A stretch of 64,000 nt of DNA from Podarcis gaigeae (taxonomy: Eukaryota), in the NCBI GenBank assembly GCA_964106915.2, contig OZ066915.1; one strand, written 5' to 3'. Below the pieces are notes generated by a model. That model saw only the letters and a list, made by a program, of their open reading frames with translations, was not told the origin of the DNA and did no database searches. The position numbers and the translations under genes were made by a program. Position 1 is the stretch's first letter, and each line of letters opens with the position of its first letter. Shown here piece after piece: positions 1 through 12,984 of the stretch.

Positions 1-412
1 ATCTATCCCTGTTAAAAACAACTGGACTTACCTTTATGCTGTGAAAGAAAGTGATCCTATTGTTTTTGTGTGATTTTGTTTAACATTAACCCAACTAAGC
101 ATTCTGATGGCAAAACTTATAAAAGGGACATTAGCTGAAAAATAGAAAATATGATATAAAGCAGTAGGTGCTTTTTTTGTTGGTTTGTGTATATATGAGT
201 ATAAGGTTGGACCTTGGCATAATACATAATACACTGCCAAAAGCAGCTTTTAAATGTTGAATACAACAGTCATTCATAAACCTAAATTTAGTGGATGTAC
301 AAAGTGCCCACTTAAGAATCTAAATATATCCATAGCTGTTCTTTTGCTGTGTTATTGATGTAAGAGTGCTCTTGTATTGATGTTGTATTATTCCATTTGC
401 ATTTCAGTGAAC

Positions 413-437
413 GTGTGTGTGTGTGTGTGTGTGTGTG
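413..437. repeat. (GT)n microsatellite
   Basis: Uninterrupted GT run read directly. Confidence 0.97.
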
Positions 438-1295
438 GTGCACTCTTGTACTTACATCCCCCACTCCACCCCATCACCCTGCAATTGACACTTTTTTGTA
501 TGCTACTCACTCACTTCTTCAGTTAATATGGTCTAGCTGTATAATGTACACAAATAAGGCTGGTTATTTGCTGTTGGTTCAAAATAAAATTGATTGGAGG
601 AGATAAGTGCCCTGTATCTTGCTATAAAAGTCCACAAACATAACTCTTAGACACTGCTTTCTAAGCAGCTCAGTAGCTGTAGTTGCAAGGAGTTTAATTT
701 CCATTTTGCATGTATTCACACAGTATTGCTAATTTAGTTTTGGCTAAATGTTATTTCTAGCTCAGATGCAGATTTAGAGCAGCATGACTGGTTCTGCCAC
801 ACTGGGTGCTGAGCCTAGGGGGTGATGCGGGGCGTTGCAACTATGATGTAGTGAATTGAGCATAAAGGAAGGAGAGAGTGGGGGGTGGGTGCCAAACCTT
901 GGCCTCACACGGGTCACGGTTCAAATTTGAAAGACCGAAGTCTTCCCCTGTCTAGCCCTGGTGGAGTTGTGAGTTCTATCAATGACAGAGACCTCTCACC
1001 ACACATTAGTAATACCTATGAATGAGAATAGGCCATTGCATTTGATGAGTTTACCATCCAGTGAACTGTTTATGTATATCTGTGTTTTGTGTTTGCTTCT
1101 TGGAAGGGCTGATCATTAATCATATTCCTGTTCATACAAATTGTGGTGAGTCTGGTTTGAAAATATGTGACTCAATGATACTGCTTTGGTTGAACTCACA
1201 ACTGTGGTTTTTGGTGTGGTAACAGACAGGCATTAAGTAGAACCTGCAACAAAATGTTGCAGCATAGGGCTCTTGCTGTTGTTGCTGTGGTGATC

Positions 1296-1359
1296 GAAGA
1301 AGAAGAAGAAGAAGAAGAAGAAGAAGAAGAAGAAGAAGAAGAAGAAGAAGAAGAAGAAG
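1296..1359. repeat. (GAA)~21 microsatellite
   Basis: Pure GAA run; it produces the poly-Leu ORF 1132..1404(-). Confidence 0.98.
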
Positions 1360-2297
1360 GTAGTATAATAGTAAAAGCGTGTCAACAAGTGGAACCTGTA
1401 ACAAAATATTGCGGTGTGGGACTCTAGTTTAATGATTCAGTCAGCTACTCATGCTCTTCTCCAGAATACTCCATTCAGTCCCCCCTCACACTGTGTGTTC
1501 CCCACACTTCCAACAGTCAGCTAGCATTCCAGTCCCACTGAGCTAGCTCAGTCTTCACTGGATTGCTTTGGGATTGACTTCGCCCCCTACTTATTTTTGT
1601 ACTTAAACAAACCTTGAGATTTTTCTGAGTCTGCTGATATCTACTTCCTGTGTGTGGATTGTGTCATTTGCAAAAGCACTCACCGATGTAAACAAATGAA
1701 AAGAGGGAAAGATCATAATAGCCACAGCTGGGGAGCAGGAAATATTCACACCAAAGCTGTATCATCATTTGGAAGGGCAGTGCTCTTCCACCTCTGCAAC
1801 TTAGTGATGACAGCCCATAAAAATATGGGTTTCTGCACAATTTCATGCCACCCATTTTACCAGTTGCTCCGCAGTACAGATAACTGCATGAAGGTCAGCA
1901 AAGTAAAGACAAGCATAACTACTGATTTTGCACAAAAGGCCATGTTATGTTATAAACACAAAAACATATGTAACTTCATAGTCATCATAAGAAGCTGATA
2001 TTGTGTGCCATTATGTTGAACCTTGATTGTAGCCCCTCATTTAATTCAAAATGGGGACATTTAAATTGAATGTTGGAGAACCCTAAATTCATCATTGTAA
2101 AATTGTATATTCTGAACCAGCCCTGTTACTCTCTTTATAATATTATTGGGAGTGTGATTGTCTGCTGCCACCTGGCTCACATTGCCCTCTTCAGTTTTTT
2201 AAATGTATCCGATGTGAAATGCCACAGTGCGATGGATTGCAGGAATTTGTAGTGAAAGGCACCAGCAAGCATGTGTAGCAGCAGTATGTCAGCAGTA

Positions 2298-2430
2298 TGA
2301 ACCTGCTGTGGCACTCCATATGTTGTTGGACTCCAACCACCATCAGCTCCAGCCATCATGGCCATTGGTCAGGGATTATGAGAGTTGTAGTCCAGCCCCA
2401 TTTGGAGGGTCACAGTTTCCCCACCTCCTG
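2298..2430. mobile_element. Degenerate hAT-type palindromic MITE (URR1/MER5-like)
   Basis: Arms 'tgttgttggactccaac..catc' and 'gattatgagagttgtagtcca..tttggagggtcacagtttccccacc' resemble the MITE at 46083-46212. Ends are decayed. Confidence 0.55.
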
Positions 2431-5400
2431 GAATATGTCCATCATCCAAAATGCATGGCTGCAGATGCAGTGAATAGATGTAAGATGGAACACACAACCT
2501 GTGTTTTATAACCACTGGTTTTGTATACAAGGCCATGTTATGTTATAAATACAAAAAGCATCTTACGTAACCTCACAGTGAAGTGGGGTTGTGAGAGGGT
2601 AGATATAGTGTGCCATTGAATGAGCCATTGTGCTGAATTTTTTAGATTCACTTTGCTGACAAAAGAGCAGTAATTCTGCTGGAGTTTCTTCCAAAATGTA
2701 ATTCATCTTGAAAAGAGCTGCTTTCATTTTTCAGGGACTGTTACCGGAACATTGTGCCTATTTCATGACAACTGCCTGCAAATGCTTCACAAAAATATAC
2801 AGTAGTCTTGCAACTTATGCAGGGGCTACGTTCTGTGTATCGCACCTAAAGCCAAAATTGCATATAGTCAAAACCCATTGGGTTCAGCGGCAGGTGGGAT
2901 TGCCACTGTAATTTTTTCTGAAACCCAGGCCCCTTTCCACCTCCTTTTTAATGTTTTTGCCATGCATGTAAAGCTGAATGCGCATAATATGTGGACATAC
3001 TGTAGTGTGCTATGTTGTTTTACATAGTAATTTTAAGTAATTTGCTTGGCATATGATACTCATGGGTGTAGTGCCCATACTTAGATTCCCATAGGGCTTA
3101 ACAGAGCCTTGTTTCTACACACCCCCCCTTGCATGTACATCAGTATGCATGCAGGTCTCATTAAAAATCATCATAGAGAGTTTGTGAAATGCTGATCAGC
3201 AATAGCAGCAGTTATGGTGGGACAAAGTAATGGAACTACTCGACTAACATTGGCACCACTGCAATTTACCTGGATGAGGAAGGGCTGCACGGGATCAGGA
3301 TGGAAGTGCCAGAATCACTCAAATGATATGTCTGTGCAGCTGTGACCTCACCACCCTCCCGGCCCCGCTCCTGTCTAGGTAAGCTGCAGTGAGGTGGGTG
3401 TCAAGAGGGCAGTTTCTCAGCTCTACCCCAGCCAATGAGCCACTACTAATAGACAGTCTTAAACATTTTCCCCCTCAGACATCACATTGTGTTCAGAAGG
3501 ACTTACCCAAGGGTAAATATGCGTAGCTATTACAGCCTTAATGGAGTACAGTATTCACACAGAATCATTAAACTATATAGAGGAGAAAATAAAGTTGCTC
3601 CGGAAGATGAATCAGCATTATTCTACCTCAGAGTCCATTGTACTGAATGGAAAATCTTCCCACTTTAATAAACTTTGAATCAGGAAGTACATTTTTAATT
3701 ATCATTAAATGTTCTGGTGCCCTTTCAATTATATTATTCTATGTGGATGGCATTGTTTGTCAGTTGCGTAATGTGGAACGGCTGCTTCAGTTGCATGATA
3801 TCTTCATTTGCATAGACTTCATGTGTCTGTTTCAGCGAACAGACGAATCTGAGACTTGGGTCTGCCACTCTACTACTACAGGCCATTCAACTCCAAGGTA
3901 CTAGAGAGGCTGCAACTAAACATAGGATAGGGTACCATATCAATCATCCTACCTGTGTGGCCCTTAAATAGCATTTTGGAGCTTGAGCGAATATGGAGAG
4001 CCCTTAACACAACATTGTTAAAACCAAAAGATTTTTTGTCAGCTGAATTTGATTACATTTTGAGAAGGGTATGCAGACAACTCCCTCATCAGCCAAACTT
4101 GAAATTGAAAATAAGAAACGTAATGAAAAACGCAGGAGAAGAGATGAGAAGCAGGTTTGTTCCATTAGCCTTGCTGAAAGGCCAGCTCTGTCAAGCCTCC
4201 TCTATTTCAGTTGTCACCTAGTAGCAGCTATCCTAGCAGGCAGCCTCAGTGGGATAGATGAGAAGCAGGGCTGATTCCATCAGTTCTGCTGAAAGACCAG
4301 CTCCACCAGGCATCTCCTGCCCCTAAACTATTTCCAGCTCATTATTATACGAGTTCCTATTTAACACAAAGAACTGGCACCAGAGTTTGTCTTTCCCCCT
4401 CTTTCCTTCCTGACCCTTGTGTGTCATGTTTTGGGGGTCTTTAGTTGGTTTTGAAAAAGTTGTTACCCACAGTTAGCATTTCCACAACTATATACATACT
4501 CAATAATAGTTTCTGTTATCTTGCGACATATTGGACATAAAAGTTAAACCCTTGAATCTCAAAGTGGATTCTCAGAATTCTTAGTTGCTCATGATAATCA
4601 CGAACCAAATATTCGCATCTAGTTTTTGAATCCCTGGACATGCAAAATAGTCACAATTTAGAGTGATATTCAGGGGTCATGATATTATATGCAGTTGAAT
4701 CAATGAGAGTTATGCATAAATAATTACTGTGATTGAATCAACTGAACTGCTTGGGAAGATAGTTTAGATATATCTGTCAATTTATATTTTAAAAATAAAA
4801 GACTAGACAATATTGTGGGATCATATACCATGCATATTTTTATATGTCTTGTATTTCAATTTTTATATGCTATTGCCAGTTCTTCCCCCCTCCACCTCAT
4901 CAGACCCACCCATGAACTTTTATTTGCTGTTAATCCCACTTTATGATTTGGAAGTTACCCTTCTTAGCACCTGATGTCACAATGTTCCCAACACCCACTG
5001 TTGGTAGCTTGGCAACCCACCCACAAGAGGCTTGTGATTCATTCTCAGGTCCTGACATACCATTTGAGAACTGCTGACATAATTTCATGCATACAGCATT
5101 AAATGTGTACTTTATTGCCCTATTTGTCTGTAAAGGGCACATATTTCACTAGGATGATTCTACTCTTGGGCAGCTTTTAGCATGCCAAACTTTATGCAAC
5201 TAATTTGCTGCAGAGTTAGTCTTGGCAAATAGGTCAGTAATTGAATTGCTGTAGAACAGTAGTGTTGTAGAACACTGCTGTAGAAGTCCAGTGAAAACTG
5301 AAGTTCCTTCTTGAGAGAGAAGCCAGAGATTTTATCAATACAAAATGCATCACTGTTACCTTATCTGCCTGAAAAGGTCTACTCACCTAGGTTAATAACC

Positions 5401-5887
5401 TTTAGGATCAGGGGGGAAAGAAGCCCTTTGCTGGGATTGTGTTGTGCTATAATTTGCCCCCAAATTATTGCAACAGGAATTTAGGCTTTGATTATATAAA
5501 AATTACTATTTTAAACCTAGATCCTCAATTTATTTATTTTTTTGCTTTTTCCTAAAGACAAAGTGGTACTCTAGTTGACAAAACACTGAATCTGGGAAGC
5601 TTTAGAACTCCTGGGTAGTCATGACCAAAATAAACTTACAAGCGTCCGTGTTGCATTTGTAATATGCAATTTTAATGCATTAAAATTAAGCACAAGATAA
5701 ATTGTAGGGAATACTGAAGATAATACATACATAGAAAATTTCGTGGTGCCAGGATGTTATAAAAGACTCATGATCATTTCTTCTGATGCTATAAGCACTA
5801 ACCAACTGCTATGACCCTCCAGCAGTGCAGACTTACGGATTCATTTCTTTTTTGCAGTTTGTCAGTCTTCAGTAAGGAACCTGCTAT

Positions 5888-5947
5888 TCTCTCTCTCTCT
5901 CTCTGTCTCTGCCTCCCTCCCTCCCTCCCTCCCTCCCTCTCTCTCTA
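5888..5947. repeat. (CT)n/(CCCT)n polypyrimidine microsatellite
   Basis: Read directly. Confidence 0.9.
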
Positions 5948-5962
5948 TAGCCTTCCAATACT

Positions 5963-6005
5963 TGCTTCCGAGACCCCTACCTGCTTCCGAGACCCCTACC
6001 TGCTT
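5963..6005. repeat. 19 bp tandem duplication (tgcttccgagacccctacc x2 plus partial)
   Basis: Exact copies at 5963-5981 and 5982-6000. Confidence 0.95.
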
Positions 6006-6560
6006 GGCCATCATGTCTTCAGTAGAAACAAAACTTCTAAAATCCAAGGAAAGGGGAACTTTCTAGTAACATTCACAATTGTTGCATTTGCTTCTCTTCC
6101 CATGTAGAATGTGAACCTAATAGTTCAATTCTGTATGCTTCTTCCAGAACTTTTTTAAAAAAAGATTTACCTTACCTATGCTATAAAAAGTAGCCATAAG
6201 ACCTCCAGTACTTTTCACATGCTCTTCCTGTTGCCAAGTACGTTCCTCAAGGCAGTGTAACTTGATCAGCTGTTTTAGGGCTTCTGATGTCACAGTTCAT
6301 CTGTGTTACTTTTGCAAGTTAGATATCCAAGTGTCTTGGCCTAAAGTTTTACTGTTCTGATGGTGGAGCCTGCAATGTTACAAGGAGCCACCAGCTTCAC
6401 AGCTGGCTATTTTGAGGCACTGGTGAAGCATGAAGAATGGTGATTCTACATTAAGATCCATTGGCAACTCTAAAAATAAAAGTTATGTATTCACACGAAA
6501 GTTTTTCAAAGTCACATTGTTGATAGAGTTGAATTGTCTTGGAATCTTTTATTAGGAATA

Positions 6561-6866
6561 AAGGTAAAGGTAAAGGGACCCCTGACCATTAAGTCTAGTC
6601 GCAGACGACTGGGGTTGCGGTGCTCATCTGGGTTTATTGGCTGAGGGAACCGGTGTACAGCTTCCAGGTCATGTGGCCAGCATGACTAAGCTGCTTCAGG
6701 CGAACCAGAGCAGCGCACAGAAACGCTGTTTACTTTCCCACCAGAGCGATACCTATTTATCTACTTGCACTTTGATGTGCTTTCGAACTGCTAGGTTGGC
6801 AGCTCACCCCATCGTGGGGATTCAAACAGCCGACTTTCTGATTGGCAAGCCATAGGCGCGTGTCTC
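6561..6866 (-). mobile_element. Sauria SINE with internal deletions
   Basis: (AAAGGT)n tail at left; the body is the reverse complement of the copy at 19473; TSD tttattaggaata at 6548-6560 and 6869-6881. Confidence 0.93.
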
Positions 6867-8222
6867 TCTTTATTAGGAATAGATAGGTCTTTATAGCTGG
6901 ATATACAGTAAGATGTGATGTTTCTTTCCCCACCCCCAACAGTACAAGAAGCAACAAATTAATCAAGCCCAAGATTCTTATAACCTTGAAAGTTCTGTTA
7001 CAGGAATATATCAAGCTAGGAAGCCAAAACTGTTTATTTTATACACTCATACTTATAGACACAGAAGGAACGAAGTGTAGGGAATATTAAGTTGTATAAA
7101 GAAATAATAAACAAGAGAAAGGAAACACTGGTTTGGGATTAGGGGGCTTTTAATAAAACAATTTTAGGATTGGAGCTCATGTTTTCAGTTATGTGTGGAT
7201 CATATTTGTATTAGATCTTCCCTGCTCTGGCAAGTGAATGTGGTGATAACAAGTCTTTCAGTCTTGCTTATGACAGTTTAGTATACAGGTAGTCAGAGAA
7301 TGAAGATGGAAGAGATAAAGCAGAGGGTGGATACTTTTTTTGATGGGGTTCTTCAAATGGTAGTGTTTCGCTACAAGATTGTTTTGTTAAGGTTTCATTT
7401 AGGTTTTGTTAATACCTAAACATTGCATTTCAGCGGACTTAAGATATTTTGTTAAAGTTTAATGTGTTTTACAAATTGAACCTATGCAGTCAGAATCAAT
7501 TAAATCATGGAGCTTTAATGGAGCTTGCTCCTACGTAGGAAACTATGCATAGGATTGCAGGTGGGCTTTATGCTATTATCTATCATTCTTTGGTGTTTTG
7601 TATGTGCATTATTTATTTATAAAAATATTTATATATTGCTAGTCATAAAAATATAAGAGCAGTTTACAACAGTTATATATAAAACAGTTCAATAAAAGCC
7701 ATATAAATATGGAGATTAGCTGCTATGGAAATATGTATTCTTAACTGGATGCATAAGCCTGGCTGAAGAGAAGAGTTTTCAGCAGTTTTCAGTGTGTATG
7801 GATCTACACAGTTAAATTCATTTTAAGCCTCCCCTTGAGGGCATGGCTATGGGGGTTCTCACTTCACCGCTGGTCAGAAGTTAATTATTCTGTTCTATGC
7901 ATACAGCAGGCTCACTTGATGACTCACACAGAGTTAGATCAATTGGTGCCTTTCTGTTTACAGAAGGGGCTTGGATCCAGCTAGAGGCTTCCAGAAACAG
8001 AACAGTGAGAAAGCAGCTGCAGTCCTCCATCCCTGCTGCTATTGCATAAGTTCCCCCAACCCTCAAGAGCAGGGAATTTTAGGGTGAAGGCAGTTGTGCT
8101 AAGCTAAAACTATTTCTCTAACAAAAGGCTGTAACACCTCAAACACAATTACTTAAGTCACGAGCCACTGACTTAAACCAACTGATGAAAAGATCAAGTA
8201 CTCACCTGCCGGTATATTTGAA

Positions 8223-9860
8223 TGGGAAGTATATATAGCATATATTTGTGGTCAAATAATTGCATAAAAAAGTAAAGGTAAAGGACCCCTGACAGTTAAG
8301 TCCAGTCGTGAATGACTCTGGGGTTGAGGTGCTCATCTTGTTTTACTGGCCGAGGAAGCCGACGTTTGTCCAAAGACAGTTTTCCCAGGTCATGTGGCCA
8401 GCATGACTAAGCCGCTTCTGACGATACCAGAGCAGTGCACGGAAATGCCGTTTACCTTCCCGCCACAGTGGTACCTATTTATCTACTTGCACTTTGACGT
8501 GCTTTCAAACTGCTAGGTTGGCAGTAGTAGGGACCAAGCAGTGGGAGCTCACTCCGTGGCGGGGATTCGAACCGCTGACCTTCTGATCAGCAAGCCCTAG
8601 GCTCAGTGGTTTAGACCACAGCGTCACCTGCATCCCAATTGCATACTCATTATATAAAAATAAATTAAAGAATAAAAGAATAAAAGGGGGAAATGATGAG
8701 ATACTTTATAAAGGTATCTTATCCACAACATTTAACTAAGCTTATATCACAGTTATTCCCAAATCAGATAAGGATCACACAAAATGTGTGAATTGTCACC
8801 CTATATCCTTGATTAATGTTGATACAAAAAAATTAACATTGACACTAGCAAATAGAATCCAACAGGTAATTGTGGTGGTAATCGAGAGGGATCAGACCGG
8901 CTTTATAAAAACAAAACAGGCTGCAGATAACATTAGATTAGTGGCAAATTTAGTTGATTTAAATAAAAATAAAGATCAGTTTGTAATCATATCATTAGAT
9001 GCCGAAAAGGCCTTTGATAAAATCTATAAACAGTATATGTTGTTAGCTTTAATTAAATTTGGATTTCCCTTGGAGTTCATAAAATAGATCAAAATAATGA
9101 TCCACATCTAGAATCAAAGTGAATGGTATTATGTCTGTTTAGACATTTGTTTAGAGCCCCTGGCTAGTGCTATTAGACAACATTTAATAGCATCATGGAG
9201 CAGTTCACAATTCAGTTGAACGTAAGTTAGTTTTATTTATACTTTTGTTTATTTCAGAACCTCAGACTAGTATACCCATCTTGATGCAAATGATAGACGC
9301 TTTTGGTAAAATATCAGGTTATTCTGTTACTTGGTCCAAATCAGAATTGATGCCAATAGGTCAAAATTTGTTTACACACTCATTCAAGGAATATCAATTT
9401 GGGGTATGTTCTGAATCTATTAAATATCTAGGTATGTTAATACCAAGAGATATAACACAGCTACAGTTAATATGAATAAATTAATAAAAGAGGTTTCTTC
9501 AGATATCGATAGGTGGGAGTCATTGAACCTTACCCTTTGGTGAAGGGTGAATGCTCTGAAAATGAACTCTGTTCCCAGATTCATTTATATCCTGAGAGGA
9601 CTTCCGGTTTTTATATCTGGATCATATTTTCAAAAGATAAACTCATTGTTTAGGAAATGCCTTTGGGGCTCAGCATCACCAAGAATATCCTTGCAGAGAA
9701 CGAAACTACAAATTAAAGAAGGAGATTTCAGAATCCCAAATTTGGAATTATATCACTATTTAATATAAACATTAAAAAGAACTCATTTTGTCTCCAGATA
9801 TATTCCATTATATTCCATATATTCAATTATTTATTATTGAGAAGACGTTCTCACAAGGTA
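8223..9860 (+). mobile_element. Decayed L1/Tx1-clade LINE ORF2 (linker plus reverse transcriptase), interrupted by a SINE
   Basis: Translated motifs WEVYIAYICGQIIAY, AYITVIPK..KD, NCHPISLINVDTK, DQTGFI, IISLDAEKAFDKI, FGKISGYSVTWSKSELMP, IKYLG, RVNALKMNSVPRFIY, IPNLELYHY; stops and frameshifts present; end coordinate approximate. Confidence 0.92.
8267..8636 (-). mobile_element. Sauria SINE, full length, nested in L1
   Basis: AAAGGT tail; B-box reverse complement ggattcgaacc; TSD aattgcata at 8258-8266 and 8637-8645. Confidence 0.95.
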
Positions 9861-11022
9861 TTCAGTGTCCTTTTGTTATTTCAAAAAATCATATCCATAC
9901 CAAAAAATATCTTGAGGAACAACATTAAGTTTAGTGCTGCCCCAGAAATACATTTTTTTTAAAAATGGCCACATTTGAAGTTAAAAGATCAAACGTATTT
10001 TATGGTTCTTCAGAATATCTTTCCTAAATGTATATTATCCAATTAAACTGTGAAAGCCAATAAAACATGAAAATGTTTAGAACAGGTTTTTTTATCTGCA
10101 TATGCCCTTATTTGGGGTTTCTCATACTGTTCCCTGAGCAATATCCAGATGTGTGTAGGATATAAATGCAAAGATTTTCACACCTTCTGATTTCTCTACA
10201 GGGAACCATCTCTGTAAAGTTCCTCGGTTGAGCATTACTGAACTAAATATATTACATGTCAACATGATTCCACCCCCCCCCCCCATTTTGGTCTGTATTG
10301 GTCTGCGTTTGTGTGTAATTGCAGAATTCAAAGCTTAGTTTGAAATGAGGAACCTTAGTTTATTAAAATATATTCAGCATGCCAAATTACAATCCTGGTT
10401 TCATCTAGATTGTCTTGTAGACTTTAGCGAGAAGTGAAAAGGTGCAACCGAGGTCAGAATTCTTCCTCTGCATATTTAAATATGTGTTAATAATGACAAT
10501 AGTTTTATACTTTCATTTGGGTTTTTCCAAGTTCAGTAATGTCAGTCAACTATGAGCTAGATGGCTTCAGTCAACCAAGGCTTTTAGACGAACGAACAGG
10601 ACTTGATGTTTCATCATTTTATATGAAGACAGAGCCAATGCTAACTCACAAGCCACATACTGTGAAATAGTTGTGAAGTGTAGCCATAGTGCAACTACTA
10701 ATATAGCTCCAATATAAAGAAGGTTGTCACAAGTGACCTATTAAAATTAATGGGATTTCAGATATTTCCAGCTAACTTGTTCATTGATTCCAATAGGCCT
10801 AAATTTCCTCAGAAATTTCTACTCAGAAATAAGCCCCATTGAGTTAAATACTATTTCCAAGTAAGTGTATTGCAGCCTGAACTGGAAGTAGCTTGAATCC
10901 TGAATGCCTACCCACCAGTGGGGTAATCATGTGAGTAAAGTTCCATTCACAAGTAGCTCCTGCTGGCAGAGGAAATATGACCTTTATTGACTGCTCTTTC
11001 GTTGTGTCTGCATTCTATGGAA

Positions 11023-11911
11023 TGTTGTGGGGAAGCTTCAGAATGACCGCTCCCTGCATAAAACGGGGGGCGACCTTTGCGTGGACACACGCAGCCCCTG
11101 GATCTGGAGCGGCTCCATCAGCATAGGCTTGGCTCTGCCTTCCCTCAGGTGGGATACCTGGAGGTTTCTGCCTACCCCAGTCAATTGTCCAATCCCACCT
11201 GGGGGAAGCGTTGCCAAGGAGATCAGGCCAGGTAGGGGAGGGATTACCTGCCCACACAATAGAGGGAGGATCTTACCTGGGAATCCTCACTTGGCTCCAG
11301 AGCTTCTCCCACCCTACCCACTCACAGTTAATGCCTTATTTTGCAGGTTAACTTTTCTTCACAGGTTTTTCAGGTTAACTTTTCTTCACAGGTATGCGGG
11401 CGCTGCTACGTTAAGGTCACTGTCAAAGGGCCGGAAAGGAATTTCCCTGCATTGGCAGGTTTCGCCTTTCCCGTAGCAAAATGTCACAACTTTGGTGGTA
11501 TCAGGCCTTGGGCGAAATCCTTTTGTTCATCTTCCTCTTTGCAGCGGCGATAACAGGGTTCCCCGTTAAAGGGGTTTCTGAAGGGAGGCTTTGACCGTAT
11601 GCCAAAAGGTCATCATTGCTCTCTCCTGCGGCGGCGTCGTAACGGGGGCGGCTATCTCTGCTTGAACATATGTTCTCCAGAGACGGCCCATCCCCCACAC
11701 AAACACTGGATAACCCTGATGCTCCCTAGGTCCCCGGTTGGGGACTGGGGAGGGAGAACGCCCAATGCCTGAGCCAAGGTCTACCCACATTTGAAATTTA
11801 ATAAAGTTGTGGCCAATTTAATCCCATAGCATGTTGCCTTGAGTCGTTATTCCACATGATGGGGGGGGGGGAACCGCTCGGAATCTGGGGACTCCGCCTG
11901 TCCACGCAATA
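11023..11911 (+). mobile_element. GC/CpG-rich terminal-repeat-like element (DIRS/Ngaro-like repeat or solo LTR)
   Basis: Sharp compositional boundaries; AATAAAGTTGTGGCC at 11800; inverted repeat ttgcgtggaca (11077-11087) / tgtccacgcaa (11899-11909); no 4-6 bp TSD, only AAT at both junctions; no coding capacity. Confidence 0.6.
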
Positions 11912-12739
11912 GTGGTGTTTCCTCCCACAAGTAGGATTCTTCACTGGACTGCAAGTCTTGCATGAATGGAAGTTGCTGTTCTATTCATGGAATTGAGAGG
12001 AAGACAACATCTAAGTCACTTCCTTAGCTATATTTTTCCTAAGCCCCCTAAAATAATCTTTTACATTTATATTTTGGATAGAAGAAAAATGATTTGTAGT
12101 ATGGTGAAAAAAAGAAACTATGCTAATAAATACTCGGGAAGAGAGAGAGAGAGAGAAAGAGTGCCATTGGAAATTGGAACACTAAACACAATAGATCAAT
12201 GACAATTGGTCACTGTGAATATTTCAATGACAGAGAAGAAAGAAATCTGAGAAACAGAAGTGCTCTACGACTCCTTGCGAAATGGTGATAGGTAGACTTC
12301 AAAAGGTTCTGATATTCATTTCAAGTCTTCAAAGTCTGGTGTTTGATAATCACAAAAAAAGAGTGGTTATGTGAGAATTTTTGTTCTTCATGTGCCAGTA
12401 ATCTTAGAGAATGTTTTCATGTAAGAATTCAGCAGTGGCTTCCCCCACTCCACTTTACCTGAAAACTCTGTTTGAATTTCTGGTATAGATATTTCTCAGC
12501 CTACAGTTTATTGCCCTTTGTGATTACCTTAACCTGTTTATCTTATTTATTTCAAACATTTATAAGCTGTGCTCATATCTTTCTTGGATTCCAGAGAAGG
12601 GTACATAAACATTCAAATAACATTCCAAAATCAAAATTAACAATAAAAAACAACATTGAAAAGATCTGAGAAGTAATAAACTAAAAAGCTATTCAACCAC
12701 CTCAACCAATGCATTCTTTTTAAGAAATAAAAAACTGGG

Positions 12740-12905
12740 CAAATAAACAAGAAGAGGATGCAGTGTGGGTGCCTGTTGCACTTCCTTTAGGATGGGTGTT
12801 AGAAAGCCGGGGTTCTATCACTGAGGAGGCCTTCTCCTTTACAGCTGCATTATACACATCCCCTGCAGTTGGAACCTGGAGAAGGCCTCATCTGAAGACC
12901 ATATT
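12740..12905 (-). mobile_element. L2 LINE 3' fragment (highly decayed)
   Basis: 'ggggttctatcactgaggaggccttctcc' resembles the reverse complement of the L2 RAFSV..P.LWN coding region also seen at 21490-21630. Confidence 0.45.
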
Positions 12906-12984
12906 GCATCCGCCTCCTCCTCCTCATTACTCACCCTTCACCCTAGAAGGTACATCTCTTCTTATACCAAAGCTACCCATGTGT

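Noticed and set aside
1132-1404. Poly-Leu/poly-Gln ORF
   Set aside because: It is the translation of the (GAA)n microsatellite and adjacent (TGY)n triplets.
8788-9768. RT-like ORFs as a functional gene
   Set aside because: They are fragmented by stops and frameshifts and lack the catalytic ADD; this is a dead L1.
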